Positions 19,359-29,604 of a stretch of 47,002 nucleotides of DNA are shown one piece after another (the first letter of the stretch is position 1; each line of letters begins with the position of its first letter). The translations under genes were made by a program, and so were the position numbers. The notes beneath the pieces were generated by a model, which was given only the letters and a program-made list of their open reading frames with translations, was not told where the DNA came from and did no database searches. The DNA is from an uncultured Bacilli bacterium (GTDB taxonomy: Bacteria; Bacillota_I; Bacilli_A; RF39; UBA660). The stretch lies in the NCBI GenBank assembly GCA_944359075.1, contig CALVSR010000001.1, positions 1 through 47,002 on the forward strand, read 5' to 3'.

Positions 19359-19579
19359 AATCTTTTCCTTCATTTCTTTATTCTTATTTTATCATAAGCC
19401 AACTTTGCATTCCACTCTTATGAATAAAAAGTGGTTTGAACTCAACTACTTATCAACGAAAATCAAAGTTGCATAATTACTCATTTTCTTTTGTTCACAA
19501 AATGCATCACTTACACATAATTCATTTTTGTTTTATACTCGTTTTCAAATTTTTTATTATATGGCAATATCATTTTTAT

Positions 19580-20061
19580 CTACTCTCTTTCATTATTCCA
19601 AGGAATGATCGTTAGTAACGGCCATTTATTTTTCCATTTCTTAGTTTTTTCTTGATATTTTTCTTCCGTAAACTGTTTCTTAATGTGACGAATTGTCATA
19701 CTAAAAATATCGTTTAATCCATAGGGTGCACACACTACTAATTTATTATCTTCTAATCTTACTCCAATACAAGTGATGCTACTTCCCCAACTACTAATAG
19801 CATCTTCTAAATTCATATAAGGCGTTATTTTTTACCATATTTTGCTTCATACCATAAATGTACTCTTGCTTCATTTTTCTTCTCAATATTCCAGCTATAT
19901 AAAGTAAAATGATAAGGTAAAGTATCAGCTTTTACTCTATTATCAACATTTTTTCCAAATGGCACTTTACACAAAGCATAATTAATTTTGCTGACTAAAC
20001 CTTGAATCTTATCCACTGATTCTTGATTGATTAAGGAAATTAAAGTAACTCTTTCATTCAT
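19580..20061 (-). pseudogene. Two 78-aa ORFs that would fuse into one ~160-aa protein; weak 2H-phosphoesterase-like HxT motif in the first half
   Basis: The ORFs are separated by TAA plus 8 nt. One extra A in the A6 run (T-run 19828-19833) gives ..YGKKITPYMNLEDA.. as one continuous frame. LPYHFTL resembles a 2H HxT motif, but no second motif is seen. Confidence 0.3.
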
Positions 20062-20620
20062 AAAAACTTTTATCTCCTAGTTTCTTAATTAACCTCTTGT
20101 GAACTGGTCTTATAAAATCTACAATATTATTTCCTGTTGCTTCTTCAAATGAAATCCATTTAACCCCTTTGCTTTCATCTTCTCTAAAAATTAAAGGTGT
20201 TTTATCATCTGCTTCAAGTAAATACACAACATCTAAATGAGTATGTGCAGGGACATATTTTCCCTTTTTTATATGTCCAGCAATGGGTGAAGCTGATATA
20301 GAAAAAATGGAATTATCTAATACTTTAGTCTTTAATCCAGTTTCTTCTTCTACTTCACGAACCGCAACTGAAAGTAAATCTGCTTCTCCATCTGCATGAC
20401 CTCCTGGAAAGATCCAAGCATCATAGATATTATGATAAACAACTAACATTTTTGTTCTATCTTTATTAACCACAAAAGCACTAGATGCAAAATGCCCAAA
20501 TTCATTATTTCTCGTTAACACGTCATCAAATGTATCAATCCATTTTAATATATATTCTTTTATTTGTACTTCCTCTTCATCAAAAGGAACATAATTTGTT
20601 ATTTCTTCTCTTAATTTCAT
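20054..20620 (-). CDS. NUDIX hydrolase
   Basis: Nudix box GGHADGEADLLSVAVREVEEETGL. Confidence 0.85.
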   Translation of the reverse strand: MKLREEITNYVPFDEEEVQIKEYILKWIDTFDDVLTRNNEFGHFASSAFVVNKDRTKMLVVYHNIYDAWIFPGGHADGEADLLSVAVREVEEETGLKTKVLDNSIFSISASPIAGHIKKGKYVPAHTHLDVVYLLEADDKTPLIFREDESKGVKWISFEEATGNNIVDFIRPVHKRLIKKLGDKSFYE

Positions 20621-20621
20621 A

Positions 20622-21026
20622 TTAATTTTTACCTTTCCTATATAATTGTATCCATCCCAATTCTAACCATAACTTAATTTCGTCATAACACTGAACTTCC
20701 ACACTAGGCATTTTATAAACTACCAAGTCAATATTTTTGTTGTATATTAGGTTTTGAGTAAGTCCAAAAGCTAATTCAGCAAATGCAGCAGCACCTATAT
20801 AACCTTGAAGATTATTTTTATCTTCATTCATAATAAACAATATATCTGCTTGAATGATGCTTTTACAAAAATCCTTATGTATATTAGGATACAATTTCAT
20901 AAATTTCTCTTTATCTATTGGTTTGGGGTAATCAATTACTTCATAACCCTTTTCTTTAAAATGATGAACCCAATATTTCACTTTATCCTGTAACTTATTA
21001 CTTCCTGATATCACTACTTTTTTCAT
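20622..21026 (-). CDS. Nucleoside 2-deoxyribosyltransferase-like small Rossmann protein
   Basis: 134 aa. ADILFIMNEDKNNLQGYIGAAAFAELAFG resembles the NDT-like pattern (aD..v........G.iG.g...E...A). Stop is 1 nt from the NUDIX start. Confidence 0.45.
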   Translation of the reverse strand: MKKVVISGSNKLQDKVKYWVHHFKEKGYEVIDYPKPIDKEKFMKLYPNIHKDFCKSIIQADILFIMNEDKNNLQGYIGAAAFAELAFGLTQNLIYNKNIDLVVYKMPSVEVQCYDEIKLWLELGWIQLYRKGKN

Positions 21027-21038
21027 AGCATCTTACTC

Positions 21039-22055
21039 CTAAATCAAACTCTTTCTAGTAAATGTCTCAATATCCTTGTCTATATAAATATCGATAGTGC
21101 ATTTTTCTACTACTTTTACCCAGCCTAGTCCATTGATTACTAAATCTTCTCGATATTTCATTTCATAAGTTGTTTTGGCTAAATCTTTCATAATGGTTTG
21201 TCTACTTGCATTCATTTTTCTTACCTTTAAACCATTGGGAATATATAGAGTAAAACTATTTCTATCCCCTTCTTGATAATCTATTCTACAGATATTATCA
21301 ATTACTAAGCATTGACCCTTTTTAATTTGAAATGTTTTAGGTTTCATTTCCTTTTTATGAATCAATTTCTTTAACATACTACTATCTACATAGTTTGCAA
21401 TATTTCCCCTATCTACTAAACCTGGAGTATCTATTAAAGTTAAATCTTTATTTAGGGTAATCGTTACCGTATTTAAAGTAGTACTAGGAAGTGGTGAAAT
21501 CGTTAATTCATTTTCACTTTCCGAATAATCTTTGATTAATCTATTAATTAAACTACTTTTACCAGTATTGGTATGGCCTACTACATATACTTTATCAGAA
21601 GTTTTATACTTTTTTATCTTTTTCATCAACAAATCAATATTATAATTTTTATTCGCACTAATTACGATAATATCTTCATAAGTAACATCTAGCGATTGAA
21701 TATACTCTATTATTTTTTCATCTTTCACACTTTTAGGAAGTGCATCTTTCTTATTTAATACTAAAATCATTTTATTAGGTAGATATTCACGAATAGCATG
21801 AATATCTTTATCTATATTTAATAGATCTACAATATGAAGTACTAAGTTCTTGGTTTTTCCTACTGTTTTTAAAATTTCAATATATTCTTCATTCGACTTG
21901 GTTACTACTTGGTATTCTCCATAATTCTTCATACGAAAACATCTTTGACAAATATTATTTTCTAGACTAGTTACATAACCTTCTTGAGTAATATTTTCAT
22001 TTTGTAGTAAAATCCCACACCCTAAGCAATATTTTTTCTTACTCATAATACTCAC
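21039..22055 (-). CDS. yqeH: Ribosome biogenesis GTPase YqeH (circularly permuted)
   Basis: Zn-ribbon CLGCG...CQRCFR. G4 LNKKD precedes G1 GHTNTGKSSLIN and G3 DTPG. Follows yqeG as in Bacillus. Confidence 0.85.
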   Translation of the reverse strand: MSIMSKKKYCLGCGILLQNENITQEGYVTSLENNICQRCFRMKNYGEYQVVTKSNEEYIEILKTVGKTKNLVLHIVDLLNIDKDIHAIREYLPNKMILVLNKKDALPKSVKDEKIIEYIQSLDVTYEDIIVISANKNYNIDLLMKKIKKYKTSDKVYVVGHTNTGKSSLINRLIKDYSESENELTISPLPSTTLNTVTITLNKDLTLIDTPGLVDRGNIANYVDSSMLKKLIHKKEMKPKTFQIKKGQCLVIDNICRIDYQEGDRNSFTLYIPNGLKVRKMNASRQTIMKDLAKTTYEMKYREDLVINGLGWVKVVEKCTIDIYIDKDIETFTRKSLI

Positions 22056-22554
22056 CTTTTTTCATAATACTGTTTTTTGCATATCTTTTTAAAATTTTTC
22101 CTTCTATCAAACGATTCAAACTAGTAATTTTTAAATCTTTATTACCAAGTGGATCTACTAAAATAGTAAACATTCCATAACGATTACCACCATAGATATC
22201 GGTAACTAGTTGATCTCCAATCATACACATTTCTTGTTTTTGAAAACCATATTTTTTTCTTATTTTTCGATATCCTCTGGATAAAGGTTTTAAAGCATTT
22301 GCTACAAAATCACACTCTAAATATTCCGCATAAGTTTTTACTCTAGATGTTACATTATTCGATATAATTACAATCTGAAAGTCTTTTTTCAAAGAAACCA
22401 ATAATTTTTTTACTTCGTCTGTTATGATATGTTGATCAATCAAGGCAATAGTATTATCTAAATCAAAAACTAAACATTTGATACCTAGTTTCTTTAATTT
22501 TTTATAATTTATATCTTGTATTCTTTTTTGATACATATTTGGATAAAATTTCAT
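22039..22554 (-). CDS. yqeG: YqeG family HAD-IIIA phosphatase
   Basis: VFDLDNTI motif I and GDQLVTDI. Start moved to the ATG at 22554 (MKFYPNMYQKR) behind an AGGTGA RBS; the track ORF starts at 22593. Confidence 0.8.
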   Translation of the reverse strand: MKFYPNMYQKRIQDINYKKLKKLGIKCLVFDLDNTIALIDQHIITDEVKKLLVSLKKDFQIVIISNNVTSRVKTYAEYLECDFVANALKPLSRGYRKIRKKYGFQKQEMCMIGDQLVTDIYGGNRYGMFTILVDPLGNKDLKITSLNRLIEGKILKRYAKNSIMKKGEYYE

Positions 22555-22610
22555 CAAATCACCTATTTCTATTATATATAATTTTCCATTCAATGTAAAA
22601 GAAAAGATTC

Positions 22611-23201
22611 TTACTGCAATTCAGAATCTTTCATAATCATACAATTCTTTCTAACCCTTTTTTCTCCTAGTAAAGCATCATAAAATTCAAAAGCATACTT
22701 CATAATTTCATCACAATCTAATTCTGTATCTTTTATTTTTAAAATACATGGTGAATAAATCACATGAAACATCTTCAAATCTATATCCAAAAATTCAAAT
22801 CCTAAATTCTTCCAAAAACGAATCCTTTTTTCTCGTATTTTATTTTCTATTTCATCTTTTCCTAAACCGATTTTTTCAACCTCACCATAGATTCCTTTAT
22901 AATTTTTAAAAAATGTTTTTAATATTTTAACCGTTTTAGAACCATACTGTTGATTTTGAAATTCTTGAAAGATACCAAAATACTCTAATAATATATATGG
23001 ATTTTGATCTAAAGTATGATAAATTAAGAATCCTACTACTATATCATCATCCATAATTTTTATTAACTTTGTGATGCCTTTTAAATAATTCCGTTTGATA
23101 TTTCTTAAACTTTTTCTTTCTGTTTTAGGAAAAAGTTTTACATAATAAGAATAAATCTCGTGCTTAAATTGTTTATAATCAATCGATACTAATGCTAACA
23201 T
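22611..23201 (-). CDS. GNAT-like acetyltransferase
   Basis: FQNQQYGSKTVKIL acetyl-CoA-type motif; 196 aa. Confidence 0.55.
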   Translation of the reverse strand: MLALVSIDYKQFKHEIYSYYVKLFPKTERKSLRNIKRNYLKGITKLIKIMDDDIVVGFLIYHTLDQNPYILLEYFGIFQEFQNQQYGSKTVKILKTFFKNYKGIYGEVEKIGLGKDEIENKIREKRIRFWKNLGFEFLDIDLKMFHVIYSPCILKIKDTELDCDEIMKYAFEFYDALLGEKRVRKNCMIMKDSELQ

Positions 23202-23211
23202 ATTTACTCCT

Positions 23212-24774
23212 TCAGTTGTTGATTTTTTGTCTTACCATATGGGTATCCATATCTATTCTTTCAAAAGTATAACCATTTTCTTTCCCATAGCGAATAATAT
23301 CACGAAGAGCATCTCTGGTCCAAGTTTTAATATCGTGCATTAAAACAATATTGGCTCTGTTTTTGGATAAATTAGATGTGACATTTTGGTAAACTGCTTC
23401 TTTTGTTTTGGCATTATAAGCATCTCCAGAATCAATATTCCAATCATAATATCGATATCCCCGATTAAATAATTCTTGGGATAATTGGGTCATGATTCCT
23501 TGACTATATCGTTTACTAATGGTATTACTGCTTCCTCCCGGAAAACGAACGATTTTACTAGTTTGTCCTGTGAGTTTTTTTACCCGATTACTTACACTAT
23601 TTAAATCGCGGAAATAATTATCTACAGAAGCATAAACTTCGGCATAATTATGACTAGCTGTATGAAGACCTACTGTATGTCCTTCATCATACATTCTTTG
23701 AATTAAGTAATCTGGGCCATTATTGGTTACAAAAAAGGTTGCTTTTACTCCTTCTTCTTTTAAAATATCTAAAATAGCTCCAGTAGTCACATTACTAGGG
23801 CCATCATCAAAAGTTAAATAAATAGCTCCTTTTTTTATTTCTCCACTATTAGGATCTGTCTTTTTGGCAACAGTCACTTTTCTCTCTACAGTTGCGATAT
23901 TTCCACTATCATCACTCACTTGATAAGTTAATATATAGGTTCCTTCTTGTCCAGATTTTACTTCACCTGTCACTGATACTTTTTCTGTTATATCTCCACT
24001 ACAATTATCACTAGCAGTATACCCAGGTTCTTTAAAATCTTCCTCTAATCCTAAATACATGGTTTGATTGCCTTTTAATGTTATGGTTGGAGCTTCTTCG
24101 TCCTTTTCGTGAAGGATTCTACTAATAGATGCTGTATTACCAGAAGAATCTTTTACGCTATAAATCCAACGATCTTTTTCTTTTTTGATTTTTACTTTTT
24201 CAGTGATATCTCCATCATATTCATCTATAGCTTGATAGCCTATCTCTTTAAATTCAGAATTGGGACAGATATTCACTTCTGTATCTCCTTCTAATGTAAT
24301 TGTAGGTTTTTCTTTATCTACCACTTCTACAATTCTTTTCTTTTTTACGGTATAAAAACTATAATTAACTTTATAAATTACTTCATAAGTTCCAATTTTA
24401 TTAGTATCTACAGCACTAGTAATTTCTATTCTATCGGTTAAATCTTGTTGAAAATACTTAGCAGTTGCCCCCTGCTCAACATAAGTATCATGATAAGAGA
24501 TTTCTATTTTCTCCTCCCCATTTAATTCTATTTTAGGAATTATCAAGTGTAACCCTACAAATATACAAATTAGCAAAAAAAGAATCACGATTTGAATCAC
24601 AAACTTGTTAGAAGTATGATGCTTTTTCCTGATATCCTTTCTAATTTCATATTCTAATTCTTTTAAATCAGGTCCTTTGACTTGACCCTCTCTTAAAGGC
24701 CAATTAGGATGCAAGCGAATGTTTCTTCTTTTTACTGCATTCTTTTTTACTTCCTTCATAATACTCCTTCTCAC
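23212..24774 (-). CDS. Membrane-anchored polysaccharide deacetylase (NodB domain) with three Ig-like repeats
   Basis: TM segment FVIQIVILFLLICIFVGL. Repeats GYQAIDEYDGDITEKV / GYTASDNCSGDITEKV. NodB motifs TFDDGPS and HTASH. Confidence 0.85.
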   Translation of the reverse strand: MRRSIMKEVKKNAVKRRNIRLHPNWPLREGQVKGPDLKELEYEIRKDIRKKHHTSNKFVIQIVILFLLICIFVGLHLIIPKIELNGEEKIEISYHDTYVEQGATAKYFQQDLTDRIEITSAVDTNKIGTYEVIYKVNYSFYTVKKKRIVEVVDKEKPTITLEGDTEVNICPNSEFKEIGYQAIDEYDGDITEKVKIKKEKDRWIYSVKDSSGNTASISRILHEKDEEAPTITLKGNQTMYLGLEEDFKEPGYTASDNCSGDITEKVSVTGEVKSGQEGTYILTYQVSDDSGNIATVERKVTVAKKTDPNSGEIKKGAIYLTFDDGPSNVTTGAILDILKEEGVKATFFVTNNGPDYLIQRMYDEGHTVGLHTASHNYAEVYASVDNYFRDLNSVSNRVKKLTGQTSKIVRFPGGSSNTISKRYSQGIMTQLSQELFNRGYRYYDWNIDSGDAYNAKTKEAVYQNVTSNLSKNRANIVLMHDIKTWTRDALRDIIRYGKENGYTFERIDMDTHMVRQKINN

Positions 24775-24884
24775 TTTATTAAAATTCTCTACAAACTTAT
24801 TCTATCACTATTCAAGATTTTTAATTCAAAAAAAGCATCTATTTTTATTTTATAGACACTTTTATACAAATATACAGAAAATAC

Positions 24885-25583
24885 TTAATTAATCGCTTTG
24901 CTTCTCATAAATTCTCTTAAAATTTTAGTTAACGCTCGTTTTTCAATTCGTGAAACATAGCTTCTAGAAATTTTTAATTCCTTGGCTATCATTTTTTGAG
25001 TTTGTTCTTTGGTATTATTTAATCCATACCTTCTAATGATGATTTCTTTTTCGCGATCTGTTAATACTTTCAGGTAGTCTTTTAATAGTTTGATGTTATC
25101 TTTTTTATTAATTTCATCAATATAATCTGGCTTAGGGGCTTTTAAAATATCTAAGATGGTTATTTCATTTCCATCTTTATCAAAACCTACCGACTCATTG
25201 AGTGATACATTTTTCAAATTTTTGTTATTAGAACGAAAGTACATAAGAATTTCATTTTCAATACATCTTGCACAATAAGTAGTAATTTTAGTACCATGTT
25301 TGTTAGAAAAAGAATCTACTCCTTTAATTAATCCAATCGTTCCAATACTAATTAAATCATCACTATCTTCTATTCTAGAATCATACTTTTTTACAATATG
25401 GGCAACTAGTCTTAGATTGTGTTCGATCAATTTGTTTCTAGCTTCTTTATTTCCTTTTAGATGTTCTTCGATATAATATTCCTCTTCTTCTTTCGTTAAA
25501 GGATCGGGAAATACATTATTGGAGTATGATGCCGTAAAAAGAGAAAAATCTTTCCATAATAATTTTAATATTTTTCTTAACAT
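24885..25583 (-). CDS. sigK: Sporulation sigma factor SigK-like, with short pro-sequence
   Basis: NNVFPDPL, LIEHNLRLVAHIVKKY, DLISIGTIGLIKGV and ARCIENEILMYFR closely follow B. subtilis SigK. Start set at the ATG at 25583 behind an AGGTGA RBS; the track ORF starts at 25625. Confidence 0.75.
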   Translation of the reverse strand: MLRKILKLLWKDFSLFTASYSNNVFPDPLTKEEEEYYIEEHLKGNKEARNKLIEHNLRLVAHIVKKYDSRIEDSDDLISIGTIGLIKGVDSFSNKHGTKITTYCARCIENEILMYFRSNNKNLKNVSLNESVGFDKDGNEITILDILKAPKPDYIDEINKKDNIKLLKDYLKVLTDREKEIIIRRYGLNNTKEQTQKMIAKELKISRSYVSRIEKRALTKILREFMRSKAIN

Positions 25584-25640
25584 ATCATCACCTATTACAT
25601 GGTATGTCAAAATTTGTCGATGCATTCAAAAAACAAAATG

Positions 25641-27056
25641 TTAACGATCAAAATATTCTTTTATCACTTCTAAATCACTATATGGTAAGTATTTGTCTTC
25701 TATAGCCATATAGTTATCGATTCCTTTTCCGGCTACTAAAATAATATCATTGGCTTTGGCCATTCCAAACGCCTTATAAATGGCTTCTTTACGATCGATC
25801 ACGATTTCATAGTTGGTTTGATTCGATTCACTTACTAAATCTTTAATAATATCTTCTACTTTCTCATATCTAGGGTCATCGGTTGTAAAGATTACATAAT
25901 CTGATTTTTCTAATACTAGTTTGCCCATAGGAGCGCGCTTTTCTTTTTCTCTTCCACCAGCACTTCCAGTTATGGTAATAATTCTTCCAGTTTTTATTGT
26001 ATCCAACAAACCAAATAATTTAGAAAAAGCATCTGGAGTATGGGCATAATCTAAAACAATATGGTAATCTTGACCAAAATGTAAAAATTCCACTCTACCA
26101 CTTGGTGCTACAATATTTGGAACTTTTTGAATAATTGTTTCTATGTCATAGCCAATTGCTAACAATGCTAGAAAAGCAGCACATAAGTTATAAACATTAA
26201 ATTCACCTAGCAATGGTGATGTAAACTTATATAGTTTATCTTGATATTTTAAAGTGATGGTGGTATTGTTGAAGGAAAAATCGGTTTTTACAATCTGCAG
26301 GCTAGCTTCCTTTTTACCGTAAGTCAAAACAGTCCCCTTGGCAGCTTCTTTTACTTCTTCATAATGGTTATCGTCAACATTTAAAATTGAATAGCCATCT
26401 TCACTTACTTGAGCTACCAATTGTTTCTTACAAGCAACATAATTTTCAATCGTTTTATGGATATTTAGATGATCTTCTGTAATATTAGTAATAATACCTA
26501 CTTTAAAATTTAAATTGTCTAGTCGGTGACGATAAAAAGCTTCAGAGGATGTTTCCATACTAAGATAATGGCATCCACTATCTACAAATCTTTTGAAATA
26601 ACCATAGAGTCTATCGGAATCAGGAGTAGTATTACGAATGGATTCTTGAAATTTATCACAAATTATACCATTCGTTCCTAAATAACCACATATATCTCTT
26701 CCCATTAAATCTTGAATGATAGTAGCAACTGTTGTTTTGCCATTGGTACCGGTAATTCCGATGATGTCTAATTTCTCTTCAGGATGGTCATAGAATCTAC
26801 TTGCTAAAAGAGGTAATTCACGGTTAGTATTTTCTACTTTAATTATTGGAACAGAACATTTTACCTCTTTTTGAACAACAACGGCTGCGGCTCCATTCTG
26901 AATAGCTTCTTCCATAAAATCATGTCGATCCGCGGTTACTCCCATCGTACATACAAAAATATCTCCAGGTACTACTTCTTTCGAATTAATCTTAATTCCT
27001 TTTATTATAACATCTTCATATCCACAATTTGGATATAGTTCACTTAACTTCTTCAC
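25641..27056 (-). CDS. murE: UDP-N-acetylmuramoyl-L-alanyl-D-glutamate ligase (MurE)
   Basis: Mur ligase P-loop GITGTNGKTT, with central and C-terminal Mur ligase domains. The added amino acid cannot be decided by eye. Confidence 0.9.
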   Translation of the reverse strand: MKKLSELYPNCGYEDVIIKGIKINSKEVVPGDIFVCTMGVTADRHDFMEEAIQNGAAAVVVQKEVKCSVPIIKVENTNRELPLLASRFYDHPEEKLDIIGITGTNGKTTVATIIQDLMGRDICGYLGTNGIICDKFQESIRNTTPDSDRLYGYFKRFVDSGCHYLSMETSSEAFYRHRLDNLNFKVGIITNITEDHLNIHKTIENYVACKKQLVAQVSEDGYSILNVDDNHYEEVKEAAKGTVLTYGKKEASLQIVKTDFSFNNTTITLKYQDKLYKFTSPLLGEFNVYNLCAAFLALLAIGYDIETIIQKVPNIVAPSGRVEFLHFGQDYHIVLDYAHTPDAFSKLFGLLDTIKTGRIITITGSAGGREKEKRAPMGKLVLEKSDYVIFTTDDPRYEKVEDIIKDLVSESNQTNYEIVIDRKEAIYKAFGMAKANDIILVAGKGIDNYMAIEDKYLPYSDLEVIKEYFDR

Positions 27057-27933
27057 TACTTTCCCTCCTAAAAACCCTATACGGTTTCATTTTACTAGGA
27101 TCTTTTTGATATCTTTCATAAAGTGCTAATAATTTTTTCCTAGTATTGAATAATAAAACATATTTCTCTTTGGTATCCAATGTTAGAATGGCACCATTTT
27201 CTATTTTTTGTTCCTCTTCCTTTTTGATTATGATCTTTTCATAATTAGGAAAAGCATCTTCTATTTTTCGTAATTTAGTGATATCCATATCTTCTATGGA
27301 AACACAATCTTCTAAACTAAAATCTCCCTGCTTTTCTCGCACTAAATTTCTCATCGTGCAAGGATAACCTAGACAATTTCCGATGTCACGAATCAAACTT
27401 CTAATATAAGTTCCTTTACTAACATGTACATGAAAAGAAAATGTATAATAATTTTCTTCTTTTATAGGTTCTTTTAATAATTCAATTGAAAAGATTTCTA
27501 CTTCCCTTTTTGGAAGAGTTACCTCTTCTTGATTTCTGGCATATTCATATAACCTCTTACCGTTGACATGCAAAGCAGAATATTTGGGTACTTCTTGCAA
27601 ATATTTTCCTTTAAATTTTCTCAAAGCGTTTTCTACTACATTTTTGGTTAAATTCTCTATATTATATGTTTTTAAAATATGACCGGTGATATCTAACGTA
27701 TCGGTTTCCATTCCTACTATTACTTCGGCTTGGTATATTTTCGTAGTACTAGTTAAAAGATCAATTACTTTACATCCTTCATTTACTCCTAATACTAATA
27801 CTCCTGTTGCGATCGGATCCAGAGTTCCCGTATGACCAATATGTCTAGTATTTAACTTTTTACAGGCAATATTGACAACATCTCGACTTGTCATATTCTT
27901 CTCTTTATTCACAATTAAAATTCCACTTTTCAT
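27040..27933 (-). CDS. truB: tRNA pseudouridine(55) synthase
   Basis: GHTGTLDPIATGVLVLG catalytic Asp motif. Confidence 0.9.
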   Translation of the reverse strand: MKSGILIVNKEKNMTSRDVVNIACKKLNTRHIGHTGTLDPIATGVLVLGVNEGCKVIDLLTSTTKIYQAEVIVGMETDTLDITGHILKTYNIENLTKNVVENALRKFKGKYLQEVPKYSALHVNGKRLYEYARNQEEVTLPKREVEIFSIELLKEPIKEENYYTFSFHVHVSKGTYIRSLIRDIGNCLGYPCTMRNLVREKQGDFSLEDCVSIEDMDITKLRKIEDAFPNYEKIIIKKEEEQKIENGAILTLDTKEKYVLLFNTRKKLLALYERYQKDPSKMKPYRVFRRESSEEVK

Positions 27934-27976
27934 AGTTATACACCATTTTTAGTATATCAAATACTGATAAAAAAAA

Positions 27977-28894
27977 CTACTTATTAATAGTAGTTTCCTT
28001 GTAAAAAGATATAATTTCTTGTCTTAGATTTTCATGAAACACTCTATTTCGAATCATCTCTATTTCTTGTTTATATGGTGGGTAATCCCCTTCGATATAC
28101 GGTGTTTCTAAAATCTTAGGAATGGTTGCTAATTGTTCATGATAGATAATTTTGATTAGAGAATCAAAACCAATGGTACCAAAGCCAATATTTTCATGAC
28201 GATCTTTATGTGAGCCTCTGGTATTTTTACTGTCGTTGATATGAATGCAATGGATTTTATCTATACCTATAATTTGATTAAACTCTTCTAATACTTGATC
28301 AAAATCAGTTAAATCATATCCTGCATCATTTAAATGACAAGTATCCATACAGATTCCTAAACGATTAGAATAAGTGACACCGTTTAAAATCTGTTTTAAT
28401 TCATGAAAATTACTACCTATTTCTGATCCTTTTCCCGCCATAGTTTCTAATAGAATCATAGTATTACCATGATACTTTTTTAACACTTCATTTAATCCTT
28501 CAACAATATTTTGGATTCCTTCTTCTACCCCTACCCCAACATGACTTCCCGGATGTAATACTAGATATTTCATTCCCAACTCGCTACATCGTTCCAATTC
28601 TTCTATCAAAAAAGAAACACCAAACTCTAAATTTTTACGGTTAGCCAAATTGATAATATAAGGGGCATGGACAATCACTTTAGAGATATCTATCTGGTTT
28701 GCTTTCATCCAATTCATTGCTTCAATTGTTTTAAAATCATCAATAGGAGATCTAGCTGTATTTTGAGGGGCTCCAGTATAAAACATAAAAGTATTAGCAC
28801 CATAAGAAATAGCCTCTTGTACAGAAGCTAGCAATTGATCCTTTTTATTAAATGATACATGTGAACCAATCAAAAGCTTATTTTGTTTCTCCAT
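27977..28894 (-). CDS. nfo: Endonuclease IV (AP endonuclease family 2)
   Basis: Metal-ligand motifs HAPYIINL, HPGSH, CMDTCH and HINDS. Start set at MEKQNKLLIGSH (28894); the track ORF extension overlaps the pilin gene. Confidence 0.88.
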   Translation of the reverse strand: MEKQNKLLIGSHVSFNKKDQLLASVQEAISYGANTFMFYTGAPQNTARSPIDDFKTIEAMNWMKANQIDISKVIVHAPYIINLANRKNLEFGVSFLIEELERCSELGMKYLVLHPGSHVGVGVEEGIQNIVEGLNEVLKKYHGNTMILLETMAGKGSEIGSNFHELKQILNGVTYSNRLGICMDTCHLNDAGYDLTDFDQVLEEFNQIIGIDKIHCIHINDSKNTRGSHKDRHENIGFGTIGFDSLIKIIYHEQLATIPKILETPYIEGDYPPYKQEIEMIRNRVFHENLRQEIISFYKETTINK

Positions 28895-29495
28895 TTCCAC
28901 TACATTCCTCCTTACTAAATATGGTAGCATTCCAACTAATTTTATTGCCGTTCTCATCTACTGGTTGCACATCATCAAGTCCTGAAATAGTACTGTAACT
29001 TTTTACGAACCCTTCTTCAGTTCCACATATAGATTGAATCGTCACTTCCATTTTATTTTTGGCTTTTGCAATAATTTTATCTGTACTAATTTCGCTTTCT
29101 ATCGTTAATGGAATTGCATAATCTTTAGAATCTTGAGCTGCAAAATAATATTGATATTCAGGGTCTACACCGGTTCCTACATTAATGATAGCTACATAGC
29201 TTTTATTATATAAATATTGCCCACCAAATGCGGATTTTTCTTGCGCCTTTTCTAAACTGGCAGCATCTAAAGTTACAATAGTAACATCATTATTTCTGAT
29301 TGGCAAAGGATATATCTCACTAGTAGCATCATTTCTAACCGAATCAATAAAAAATTCTCCACTAGAAACAAATCCTTCCTTTTTAGAATCCGTAATATAT
29401 TGAGTTACTTTAGGAATCGCAATACCTAATAATACACCAAGAATCACAATGACTGCTAATAATTCAATTAGGGTAAATCCTTTTCTAGGCATCAT
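28878..29495 (-). CDS. Type IV pilin-like protein (P4)
   Basis: Prepilin leader MMPRKG|FTLIELLAVIVILGVLL after a GGAG RBS. C-terminal Cys pair (SICG...KEEC). Confidence 0.85.
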   Translation of the reverse strand: MMPRKGFTLIELLAVIVILGVLLGIAIPKVTQYITDSKKEGFVSSGEFFIDSVRNDATSEIYPLPIRNNDVTIVTLDAASLEKAQEKSAFGGQYLYNKSYVAIINVGTGVDPEYQYYFAAQDSKDYAIPLTIESEISTDKIIAKAKNKMEVTIQSICGTEEGFVKSYSTISGLDDVQPVDENGNKISWNATIFSKEECSGNGETK

Positions 29496-29575
29496 TTGGG
29501 TCACTCCTTTTATTATATATAATATAACATAACATAAGGACTAAAATTTATCAAGGAAAAGCACAGGAAAAGCAC

Positions 29576-29603
29576 AGAAAAAAAAGACTCATAACAAGTC
29601 TTC
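29576..29603 (-). terminator. Rho-independent terminator between pilin genes P3 and P4
   Basis: Minus-strand AAGACU-loop-AGUCUU followed by a U8 run. Confidence 0.6.
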
Positions 29604-29604
29604 T

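Noticed and set aside
19399-19474. 8-bp inverted repeat CAACTTTG...CAAAGTTG enclosing ~55 nt upstream of the SDR gene (possible riboswitch or leader)
   Set aside because: It is too short, has no conserved riboswitch core that I recognise, and the downstream gene is itself frameshifted.
13700-19833. All frameshifts are homopolymer sequencing errors
   Set aside because: This cannot be excluded without reads. However, the Bro-N gene also has a nonsense codon, and cutA and the 201-aa ORF lack 5' ends. About 30 kb of core coding sequence rich in A7-A8 runs is unbroken, so at least part of the damage is probably genuine.
29556-29577. Perfect tandem duplication of the 11-mer GAAAAGCACAG between pilin genes P3 and P4
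   Set aside because: Only two copies, in an intergenic region next to a terminator. No function can be inferred from sequence alone.
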